The translations under genes and the position numbers were made by a program. Shown in pieces: positions 9,518-17,202 of a stretch of DNA of 64,000 nt (position 1 is its first letter; every line of letters starts with the position of its first letter). Below the pieces are notes generated by a model, which saw only the letters and a list, made by a program, of their open reading frames with translations, had not been told where the DNA came from and did no database searches. The stretch comes from a virus (taxonomy: Duplodnaviria; Heunggongvirae; Uroviricota; Caudoviricetes): positions 33,214-97,213 of the IMG/VR virus record IMGVR_UViG_3300028048_000100, one strand, 5' to 3'.

Positions 9518-10125
9518 TTCACTACGTAGTGTATTGTCTGATACGGTAGTTCTCGTATCGGAGACAGTTTTGTTTCGAATGGGATAGCATCGTTAAAGAG
9601 CACCGATAGAGCAACCTCAGAGTCTGCTATGTTCTCAGTAAGCTTGATAACGAATTGTATGCTATGTACTATATATGGATCAGTCAACTTTAATCCATCG
9701 CTGGTGAGTCCAAACTTATCAGACATGAAGCCTACGATAACACTGCCGGTCTCTTGCTTAAGGTTAGTGTCGTATATCCCAGTCTGATTGACGTTCTTTA
9801 TATCACTATCCACGCGGGTGAGAGTCTCGCCATAGATAGCATTCATGTCGCGAATGAACTCTGCAATCTTACCCACGAGGTTGCGATACACATCGTTCAT
9901 GTAAAATATAGGTTTGCGCTTTTGGGGGTTGGCTACAAACTTATCCGTAAACTTGAGTATGTACCGCCCGACATCACTACCCTCCTGTTGAAAAGCCTCA
10001 ACGCGGTCAAAGTCAAACACACCATCGAACGAAGTCTTGAACTGCTCAGTGATGCGGTGACAAACCCAGTATGGGTTATTCTGGAGATTGCGCTGCTCAA
10101 CAATATTATCGCTATCCTGGATCAT
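9514..10125 (-). CDS. IQD-leader paralog family protein (203 aa)
   Basis: N-term MIQDSDNIVEQRN; the promoter motif abuts its ATG. Confidence 0.7.
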   Translation of the reverse strand: MIQDSDNIVEQRNLQNNPYWVCHRITEQFKTSFDGVFDFDRVEAFQQEGSDVGRYILKFTDKFVANPQKRKPIFYMNDVYRNLVGKIAEFIRDMNAIYGETLTRVDSDIKNVNQTGIYDTNLKQETGSVIVGFMSDKFGLTSDGLKLTDPYIVHSIQFVIKLTENIADSEVALSVLFNDAIPFETKLSPIRELPYQTIHYVVK

Positions 10126-10159
10126 ATATCTATATCCAAAGAATGCAAAAATCTTTAGT
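10126..10159 (-). promoter_or_regulatory. conserved phage promoter-like motif
   Basis: The minus strand reads CACTAAAGATTTTTGcattctttGGATATAGATAT directly fused to ATGATCCAGGAT of 9514-10125. Confidence 0.5.
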
Positions 10160-10575
10160 TATAATCGTGCTTCATAACGGTGCCAAGGATCCAGCACACT
10201 GACTCTTTCGATTAACACGTTGTGCATATCATGTTCTTCCACAGGGTATTTCTCCTGTATCCGTTTTAAGAGCTGTATATAAATTGTGTCGATGAGGCGG
10301 ATATAGTTATCAGCTGAAAACTTGCGGACCTGCTTGTTGAACTGGAATTGTTTCGGGATGTTCACAGTTACATACCCTTTGTCTTCAAATTCTAAATCAG
10401 GATCGCGATCAACAGTATAGTCCGTGATGATAACAACGTCTACCTTCTTGCCCACAATAGCCATTGAGAACACACTTTTCACAGATAGGTCCGCATGTTC
10501 CTGGATCTCTTTGCATATGCGCATGTATTGCTCTAAATTACGCCCTAATACTTCATTGTCGTCATTTTGAATCAT
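10159..10575 (-). CDS. IQD-leader paralog family protein
   Basis: N-term MIQNDDNEVLGRN. Confidence 0.7.
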   Translation of the reverse strand: MIQNDDNEVLGRNLEQYMRICKEIQEHADLSVKSVFSMAIVGKKVDVVIITDYTVDRDPDLEFEDKGYVTVNIPKQFQFNKQVRKFSADNYIRLIDTIYIQLLKRIQEKYPVEEHDMHNVLIERVSVLDPWHRYEARL

Positions 10576-11146
10576 GTGAAACTCCTGTATAACTAAAGTG
10601 GAATGAATCGTTAGTTTCTTTTATGGTGCCGTTCTCAAGATCGGCTTGATCAATGCCGAGCTTATCGAGCATATCTAACATACCAGCGGCATTCACACCA
10701 GCAGTGTCGTAGATATCGCTAAGATGATTTGCTAATAAATGGGTTTTGGTCACCGATGGACCTTGACGCCACAATAACATACTCTTGATAGACCTGAAGT
10801 CCTCTAAGTTGTAGTGACGTTTACTCATATAAGCAACAATTTTATCCAATATCACAGAAGCCCAGGAGGTCTCATTTGCAGATACTGTCCAGTCCATATG
10901 AACCCATAGATCATCTGGTATAGTTACATAGATGCTCTCATCATTCCGATCCTTAGTCTTAAATGATATCTTGATGCTATCATACGGCCCATACATCTCA
11001 CTACGAGGATCGCCGGGATTGCTTCTTTTTACCTCTGTAAGCTTACTCCACAATATCGGCATATACCGCATAATCTCGGTGGTAATCTTGAGGTGATTCT
11101 CATCTACGCCAGATTTTAATATTTTCTCATCCGACTCTTGTATCAT
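10562..11146 (-). CDS. IQD-leader paralog family protein (194 aa)
   Basis: N-term MIQESDEKILKSG. Confidence 0.7.
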   Translation of the reverse strand: MIQESDEKILKSGVDENHLKITTEIMRYMPILWSKLTEVKRSNPGDPRSEMYGPYDSIKISFKTKDRNDESIYVTIPDDLWVHMDWTVSANETSWASVILDKIVAYMSKRHYNLEDFRSIKSMLLWRQGPSVTKTHLLANHLSDIYDTAGVNAAGMLDMLDKLGIDQADLENGTIKETNDSFHFSYTGVSHDSK

Positions 11147-11157
11147 AAAATTTGATT

Positions 11158-11196
11158 ATTGCACATTTATTTGCGATTTAACGCGCGATCTCATCA
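11158..11196. promoter_or_regulatory. conserved intergenic element TTGCGATTTAAC-N4-GATCTC (copy 1 of 3)
   Basis: attgcacatttatTTGCGATTTAACgcgcGATCTC. Near-identical copies lie at 30791-30827 and 50431-50472. Confidence 0.5.
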
Positions 11197-11246
11197 AGGC
11201 TGAATAGTTCTTAACCTAAAACGTTTTAGCGCATTTAAAATCAATT

Positions 11247-11513
11247 TTATCTCACCTCGAAGTATATGAAACTACCATCTTTCACCAAGTGTTTGAGGTA
11301 ATCGGATTTTCGATACCATCCATAATGCTGGATTCTGATGCTATCATCTGTCATATCAATAACCTTTTTACCAATTACATTGGAGCCATTTTTAACGAGG
11401 ATAGTGCAGTGACGTCTAAAACTAAGATTGCGCCAATGTTCTTCTCTCCAGTAGTATCCGTACCAGATGACTGCTGCAATGATAAGCAGCGCTATAACGA
11501 TTGGGGTTATCAT
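11247..11513 (-). CDS. small membrane protein (88 aa)
   Basis: N-terminal TM helix MITPIVIALLIIAAVIWYGYYW. Confidence 0.5.
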   Translation of the reverse strand: MITPIVIALLIIAAVIWYGYYWREEHWRNLSFRRHCTILVKNGSNVIGKKVIDMTDDSIRIQHYGWYRKSDYLKHLVKDGSFIYFEVR

Positions 11514-11779
11514 TTTTTCTTGAGTTTAGATTGGATTTGTTTTGAGATTTCTAAGTTACGTTTACGCTTCTCCTCCATTTCCTCTGGATGAGTATGGGCG
11601 TATTCGATCTGCTCAGTCACAAAGGACTTCGGTATTTGCAGCTTCCAGTTGAAGTAGTGAGGACACATTAGGAACCAATGTGGATCCCGGGCGTCGTCAA
11701 TACACTTGCCTTTCATGATACAAGTTTTCTTGCATACCTCTTCTTGAAAGACAGGGACATCTTTAACGTCGTATTTCAT
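11510..11779 (-). CDS. small Cys-rich (zinc-binding?) protein
   Basis: CKKTC…CIDD…CPHY cysteine cluster. 4-nt overlap with the downstream gene. Confidence 0.45.
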   Translation of the reverse strand: MKYDVKDVPVFQEEVCKKTCIMKGKCIDDARDPHWFLMCPHYFNWKLQIPKSFVTEQIEYAHTHPEEMEEKRKRNLEISKQIQSKLKKK

Positions 11780-11780
11780 A

Positions 11781-12236
11781 TTACTTAAGGTTGAATCGTT
11801 TGAGGTATTCTGAACTCAGCGGATAAAACACACCGTCTTCACCCATGTAGTGACTGGCGCCGAGCACAACCATCAAGGACATGTTATCTCCATCCTTGCA
11901 ATACTCAGGAAAGTATAGCGTTATGGGTTTGTTGATGCCATGAGCGTAGCCAATCTCCCAAACCGTACCTGATGTGCAATAGTGACTGCCGTACATAGCA
12001 ATAACCATGTCACACGAGTCAAGCTCCTGCACATCCTTATCTCGGACTGCTTTAGCCCATTGGTAGTTAGAGAAGTTCCAAGTGCCGTCTGGTTTTTGAA
12101 AATCTCCAGGAACCTTGAACTCCATTGGGATGTATAACTTTGCGTTCGGATACTTCGTACGCACTATCTCAATCATGTGTTTAAGGGCTTCGCGCTCACG
12201 AGGCTGCGAAAATGGCCCGGCAATGTATATCTTCAT
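11781..12236 (-). CDS. nucleoside 2-deoxyribosyltransferase (NDT) family protein
   Basis: 'KIYIAGPF' N-terminal motif and 'TSGTVWEIGYAHGINKPI', matching the NDT catalytic Glu region. The most likely start is MIMKIY at 12236; the track's earlier Met (12260) reads through the promoter motif. Confidence 0.55.
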   Translation of the reverse strand: MKIYIAGPFSQPREREALKHMIEIVRTKYPNAKLYIPMEFKVPGDFQKPDGTWNFSNYQWAKAVRDKDVQELDSCDMVIAMYGSHYCTSGTVWEIGYAHGINKPITLYFPEYCKDGDNMSLMVVLGASHYMGEDGVFYPLSSEYLKRFNLK

Positions 12237-12242
12237 AATCAT

Positions 12243-12276
12243 ATATCTATATATGCACAAATTAGTAATCTTTAGA
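12243..12276 (-). promoter_or_regulatory. conserved phage promoter-like motif (variant)
   Basis: The minus strand reads CTAAAGATTACtaatttgtgcATATATAGATAT followed by ATGATTATG. Confidence 0.45.
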
Positions 12277-12819
12277 AGTAAACGGCTGATAAATTAGTTC
12301 ATTCTTATGTTTCTTGATGTAATTGAATATGTTTTCTAAGATTTTCTGCTTACCAAACTCTATTGGAAATTCATACTCATCCTCTTTTTTACCAACTGAT
12401 CTGAACGCATCTCTCTGCTTGTTCAGGGCAAAGTTTCGCGTGCTCTCCCGGTCTCTTAGAGACATATTAGTTAGTATTATCCCAAATTTCACCGAGCTTG
12501 GTTCTGTGTAGCCATACCTTGGATCCCTATTGATCCCGCGCACAATCAGGTTAATCATGCAGTCTGAGAATTTGATAGCATTAGTATATGGTCCAAGCAT
12601 TCCACTAGATTGTATTGTTAGTTCAATTTGCCGGCCTATGATCGCATCCAATACTCTAATGGAGAATCCTTCTAACCACTCAGTATAAGTCATATCGGGC
12701 AAGTCTTTAATACCAGATGTATCCGGCCAGCCACTAGACCAGTTACTTTCCCGTTCTTTTGGGATATATAGTGTGTCTTTGGTCTTCTCCAATATTTCGT
12801 TGTCGCTATCTTGTATCAT
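12262..12819 (-). CDS. IQD-leader paralog family protein (185 aa)
   Basis: N-term MIQDSDNEILEKT. Confidence 0.7.
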   Translation of the reverse strand: MIQDSDNEILEKTKDTLYIPKERESNWSSGWPDTSGIKDLPDMTYTEWLEGFSIRVLDAIIGRQIELTIQSSGMLGPYTNAIKFSDCMINLIVRGINRDPRYGYTEPSSVKFGIILTNMSLRDRESTRNFALNKQRDAFRSVGKKEDEYEFPIEFGKQKILENIFNYIKKHKNELIYQPFTSKDY

Positions 12820-13175
12820 CTTACTTTCAGCAAATTTATTTCATACAAGCCATATTTTTCGTATGGATATTCTCGCCCGATTTTTCTGTCTTGTTCGAAT
12901 ATTCGGTCCACTATAAATGCAATAGTGTTAATCACATTCTCTTCTAACGAGAGCTTCATATCATAGTGCCAATCTTCTGGAATGTTAAGTCTGAGAAAAT
13001 CAGGATGTCCATTATAGTAGACTACTCGAAGCTGCTTATATTCAGTCTTACCATACACCTCTAGATCTTTGCCCACAACTCTAACATATGCCGGAAGTTC
13101 TTTGGTGATCTCCCGGTATAATGTTATGCCCGTAACAGATTTGGACAATACTTCACTGTCGTCGTCTTGAATCAT
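12816..13175 (-). CDS. IQD-leader paralog family protein
   Basis: N-term MIQDDDSEVLSKS; ATGA overlap with the upstream gene, checked by hand. Confidence 0.7.
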   Translation of the reverse strand: MIQDDDSEVLSKSVTGITLYREITKELPAYVRVVGKDLEVYGKTEYKQLRVVYYNGHPDFLRLNIPEDWHYDMKLSLEENVINTIAFIVDRIFEQDRKIGREYPYEKYGLYEINLLKVR

Positions 13176-14077
13176 GCTTTTTGGAAGCTTGTGGGTTCCA
13201 TGAGGAGCATATAGCTGTGAGACACCTTGGTTACTTGACGAGCCTCATCCCAAACGTATTTGTGGAAGACGTGAGTCTTGATCACATTCGCGGTGAAGTC
13301 GTGATTCTTAACAGTCGCACCAAGCTCGCGGCCGGTTTTCGTAGTGAGGATCGGTTTGTAGATCCAATAGTTCGCCCAGTGCGTCGGGGCAATAGACTTC
13401 ATTGGAAGGTTGAACATAGCCACCTTAACGTTGTGGCCATCTACGATAGCGTTAGCTGCGAGGTTGCCATCAATGCCATCGGTGTTATTCATCGCACTGT
13501 TGTTGTAGATGTTCGAGGTGAAGTGGATGAGCTTAGTACCGTCGAAGTTGAGCTCCTTGTCTGCGTCTTTAACAGTCACCTCAACTCTGCGATCAGTAAC
13601 GATGAGTTGGTACTTAACAGGGTCGATATCATCGATCTTACGAAGTGAACGAGCGCTCGACATGAGACGATACTTACTAACGATGTCGAAGTTGCCGGTC
13701 TTGATATCGAAATGACGGCTGCGATCTACAATAGTAGTGGCTACCTCAATCTCAAACCAGTTGTCTTTAAGGCGCACGCCCTCATCCAGACGCTCACCCT
13801 TCTTATTGAACTTATACGGGAGAGAGTACTGCGGGCCGTAAGCCGTGGCACCATAGTGAGAGATGTCTGCGTTGTCGAAGATTACATGGCAGCGATATAT
13901 CAGCTTATCGTCGTTGTCGATGACGTTAGCAGATGCGGCTTGAACGATCTGCTTGGTACGGCCCTCACCGATCTCCAAAGCGAATACGTTGGTAGTGAAG
14001 TATGCTCGACGGGTGCCCGAGAACTTTAACATGTCCTCCGCTCTCTCCAAAACGCTGAAATCACTGTCCTGTATCAT
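13172..14077 (-). CDS. IQD-leader paralog family protein (301 aa, largest member)
   Basis: N-term MIQDSDFSVLERA; first gene after the promoter motif. A 3-codon mini-ORF (ATGCAGATATGA) overlaps its start. Confidence 0.7.
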   Translation of the reverse strand: MIQDSDFSVLERAEDMLKFSGTRRAYFTTNVFALEIGEGRTKQIVQAASANVIDNDDKLIYRCHVIFDNADISHYGATAYGPQYSLPYKFNKKGERLDEGVRLKDNWFEIEVATTIVDRSRHFDIKTGNFDIVSKYRLMSSARSLRKIDDIDPVKYQLIVTDRRVEVTVKDADKELNFDGTKLIHFTSNIYNNSAMNNTDGIDGNLAANAIVDGHNVKVAMFNLPMKSIAPTHWANYWIYKPILTTKTGRELGATVKNHDFTANVIKTHVFHKYVWDEARQVTKVSHSYMLLMEPTSFQKA

Positions 14078-14098
14078 ATCTGCATAGTTTTATGTTAT

Positions 14099-14132
14099 AT
14101 ATCTATATACAAAGAAAGAGGAAATCTTTAGT
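14099..14132 (-). promoter_or_regulatory. conserved phage promoter-like motif (canonical copy)
   Basis: The minus strand reads GGGAATCACTAAAGATTTCctctttctttGTATATAGATAT ~20 nt upstream of the ATG at 14077. Confidence 0.55.
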
Positions 14133-14163
14133 GATTCCCTCCTGAATTATAGACGTTTTGGTG

Positions 14164-14739
14164 TTATTTCCTTATGACCTTTTCTGCGTGGTCTATTAGG
14201 TATTGATATATATCTTCAGTTGCTATTCTAGCGCTGTGATTTATCACATGTGGAAATACTGAAGTTATTACGTATAACTCAGTTTTTATTTTTCGTCGTT
14301 GCGCGATTGATAGATAAGCAGTATTTTTCGATGCGTTGAATGTGAATCTGCAGATATACGTATCTCCATAACTCACATCGAAAGAGAAATTGTCAGATTC
14401 TTTACCTTTATTTGTAGTGAAGTTTACAGTTAGACCTTGTTTCTTGAGATCTCGTTTTACTTCCCTAGCACCGCCTTGAATGATCGACATTATAACCGAC
14501 ATTTCAAGTCCTTGATTCCCTGTTCCTTCATCACGCGTAACAACTTCGTCTTTAAATTTCACATACATTGGTGATAAGAAATTCCGACTATCGGTTGCAG
14601 GGTTGTACGCTCTCACATCAGGAATCAAGCCCAAATGCTTTAATAATGAATCGCAAAGGGCATACGTTGCGGTCATGGTTTTTGACTTATCAAGAACCTC
14701 AGAGTCATTATCTTGTATTGCTTCCCATAGCGGTCTCAT
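14164..14739 (-). CDS. IQD-leader paralog family protein, long-leader form
   Basis: N-term MRPLWEAIQDNDSEVLDKS. Confidence 0.7.
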   Translation of the reverse strand: MRPLWEAIQDNDSEVLDKSKTMTATYALCDSLLKHLGLIPDVRAYNPATDSRNFLSPMYVKFKDEVVTRDEGTGNQGLEMSVIMSIIQGGAREVKRDLKKQGLTVNFTTNKGKESDNFSFDVSYGDTYICRFTFNASKNTAYLSIAQRRKIKTELYVITSVFPHVINHSARIATEDIYQYLIDHAEKVIRK

Positions 14740-15245
14740 TATGCGCCGATCATTTTTAACATGCTGTCGTATACATCACGTTTATCACCACATTTGATGA
14801 ACACGCGACCACCATTAAACTCTGGAGTGAAAGTTACTTCATGTACTGGCATTGTGTTTTGACCAGGTATATTAGGGTTCTTTGTACGGACTGTGACTGC
14901 TCCATTTTGAGGATTGTATGAGTATACGCACTGATTAGCATTCAGTGAAAAAATATAACTCAATCTTTGAGCAAATTGCACATATGCAATCTTCGGATCC
15001 GAACTCGATGTTTGGAACTCAAGATATGGTTCACTGTCGTTTACAACAGATATCTTATTGATCACTCCAACAGCCTTTAGTGCAGAGTTGATGCAGTTAT
15101 ATACGAGGCTGGCGAAGCTGCTCACCATAGCGGCTGCTTGGTTCCTAGCCATCTGCTGTAGTTGTTCATCGCTCGGTTTGTCTACTCCCGGATTAACTGG
15201 AAGACCTCGCATTTGTTGTATTCGTTTATAGAAATCTGGATTCAT
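14739..15245 (-). CDS. hypothetical protein (168 aa)
   Basis: ORF coupled to the flanking family genes. No motif found. Confidence 0.55.
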   Translation of the reverse strand: MNPDFYKRIQQMRGLPVNPGVDKPSDEQLQQMARNQAAAMVSSFASLVYNCINSALKAVGVINKISVVNDSEPYLEFQTSSSDPKIAYVQFAQRLSYIFSLNANQCVYSYNPQNGAVTVRTKNPNIPGQNTMPVHEVTFTPEFNGGRVFIKCGDKRDVYDSMLKMIGA

Positions 15246-15272
15246 AATAGCAATTTATTTAATATACAAGAA

Positions 15273-15779
15273 TTACACATTATCTTCAATGATCTTGAGT
15301 AATTCCTTGTGTTTGAGAGCATGTCTGGATAGCTCAAATGGCATAAATCTCACGATGACATTATGACCGAATTTGTCTTTAGTCCTCACAACGTCGATGT
15401 GCCAATCTACACCGTGCTCCTCATCCTCATCTCCGAATCTCCAAGACAGTAGGTACTTGACTAACCACACATCCGGATTAACAGCCATCTTTTGTTGATC
15501 GTGCGATTCAATTGCAAATTCCAAATCATGATATTGCTTCTTGATCATTTGGTTCATCTTGCTAATTTCGAGGATAAACTGATTTGTCCTCCAATTGTCA
15601 AAGTACCAGGTTTCATCACCCACTTCTTTAACCCCTATCCGATTGTCTCGAGTTCTACGATCTAGTTTACCAAATACTTTTACAAAGCATTCAGCGAAAA
15701 ATGGATAGAATAGTGCTTCTTTAGATTTGCTATCTACCTCTTTGTCATTATCTTGTATAGCTTCCCAAAGTGGTCTCAT
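15273..15779 (-). CDS. IQD-leader paralog family protein, long-leader form
   Basis: N-term MRPLWEAIQDNDKEVDSKS; ATGA overlap with the upstream gene. Confidence 0.7.
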   Translation of the reverse strand: MRPLWEAIQDNDKEVDSKSKEALFYPFFAECFVKVFGKLDRRTRDNRIGVKEVGDETWYFDNWRTNQFILEISKMNQMIKKQYHDLEFAIESHDQQKMAVNPDVWLVKYLLSWRFGDEDEEHGVDWHIDVVRTKDKFGHNVIVRFMPFELSRHALKHKELLKIIEDNV

Positions 15780-16411
15780 CGTTTTGACTGTAATTTATCT
15801 TTCCAATATTTCAAAATTTGCTCACGAGTACGTTTCTTGAATCTCCCCTCAGTAAATACCGCTTTAGACCAGGCCTCTGTTGGGAGAGGTGTAACCGCAG
15901 AACATAGCCCCGGAATATATTGACGCACACCAAAATCCATGCCGGCTTTTTCTAATTGCTCAACCAACCATTTATAATCGAAATGAGATAGTTCGTTTTT
16001 GAGAGGTTTATTGAAGCTTTTCAGATAGAATGGTTTATATATCTCAAATATACGTTCCATTATCTGGAAACGAATGCGTGGAGGGTAATAGTGAAGATTG
16101 AATCCGATGATACGTCTGCCCTCTTTTGATACATAATCACCAAAGAATATAACAACTGGCATTGCATCATAGTACTCCAGCTCCTCCTTGGTCTTCGGCT
16201 CGAAATAGTTGAACATAACTAACTGGCCGGGTATCATGGATCCGGTTTGGCGATGTTCATAATTATCAGTCAAGTACAAGCGAGATACTTTGTCACGAAC
16301 TTTGTTGTTCTCCTTGTAGAGCTTTTGACTTCTAACATCCTTGCGTAGGTTATAGTTTCTCTTAGGTTTTTGGCCTACGTTTTTGGTTATGTATTTCGAC
16401 GTGTCTCTCAT
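15776..16411 (-). CDS. hypothetical basic protein (211 aa)
   Basis: Lys/Arg-rich N-terminus. ATGA coupling on both sides. Confidence 0.55.
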   Translation of the reverse strand: MRDTSKYITKNVGQKPKRNYNLRKDVRSQKLYKENNKVRDKVSRLYLTDNYEHRQTGSMIPGQLVMFNYFEPKTKEELEYYDAMPVVIFFGDYVSKEGRRIIGFNLHYYPPRIRFQIMERIFEIYKPFYLKSFNKPLKNELSHFDYKWLVEQLEKAGMDFGVRQYIPGLCSAVTPLPTEAWSKAVFTEGRFKKRTREQILKYWKDKLQSKR

Positions 16412-17181
16412 CTGTCTAATAGTCTTTTGATATTTGTGCGGTTATTGAGACGTTGATTCCAGTAATCGAAGTAACCAATTGTACGATCGATATCCGATTT
16501 GCTGTCGTATGCAGTCAGATCGGTACCCAGAATCAATCTGTCAGTATCTACTTGGAATAGCTTGCGGGCGTCCACGTCAATAAACTTAAACGCATGCCAG
16601 GATAGCTCGAACCATAGATTTTGATATTTGTGTTGCAAGTCGACTGCACGTTTAAATGCTTCGGTGTGACTATCCAAAGCATTGATCCCCATGTGACAAA
16701 GGACTACTTTTCGCTTGTCGTTGCATTTGAGCAATGCCTCTAAGCCTTCTACTGCACTATTATTAGCTAAATCAATATGCACAAATATTGGTAGATCCTT
16801 GGTTAGAGGGTTTGCAGATATGTCGAATGCTAATTTGAAATCATCATAAGTCTGCTCTCCGCTGGTGTGGCCAATATAGTGTTTATAGCATTTGATCTCT
16901 CCTATGCACTTTACACGATCCGGATAGGCTTTAACCACCTTGCATATCTCTTCAATATCCCTGCCATTAGCAGCGATTGGACCTTTTTTGTTCAGCTTGC
17001 AATATGATTCAAAATACTCAAACAGCGACTTATCTTTATGTTTGATATCGCTGTTGATCATAGCAATCGACGAGTCGATATCGATAGCGGGATAGTCTTT
17101 GAGAACGTTATTCCCAAAGAGGTTAGCGTGGCTGTCACTGCGTGTCGCACATCCAAATAAAAAATCCTTTAAGTCTCTCAT
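16408..17181 (-). CDS. hypothetical protein (257 aa), begins MRDLKDF
   Basis: ORF just downstream of the terminase gene. Function unknown. Confidence 0.55.
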   Translation of the reverse strand: MRDLKDFLFGCATRSDSHANLFGNNVLKDYPAIDIDSSIAMINSDIKHKDKSLFEYFESYCKLNKKGPIAANGRDIEEICKVVKAYPDRVKCIGEIKCYKHYIGHTSGEQTYDDFKLAFDISANPLTKDLPIFVHIDLANNSAVEGLEALLKCNDKRKVVLCHMGINALDSHTEAFKRAVDLQHKYQNLWFELSWHAFKFIDVDARKLFQVDTDRLILGTDLTAYDSKSDIDRTIGYFDYWNQRLNNRTNIKRLLDR

Positions 17182-17202
17182 ATTGCTGTTAATATAATAA
17201 GT

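Noticed and set aside
6551-14077. Considered whether the repeated MIQDDD starts are a DNA-level repeat (a recombination or mobile-element signature) or a CRISPR-like array.
   Set aside because: Spacing is irregular (190-900 bp). The repeated unit is only ~18-45 nt and varies at synonymous positions. The units are in-frame N-termini of real ORFs with coupling overlaps. This points to protein-level conservation, not a CRISPR array or IS remnant.
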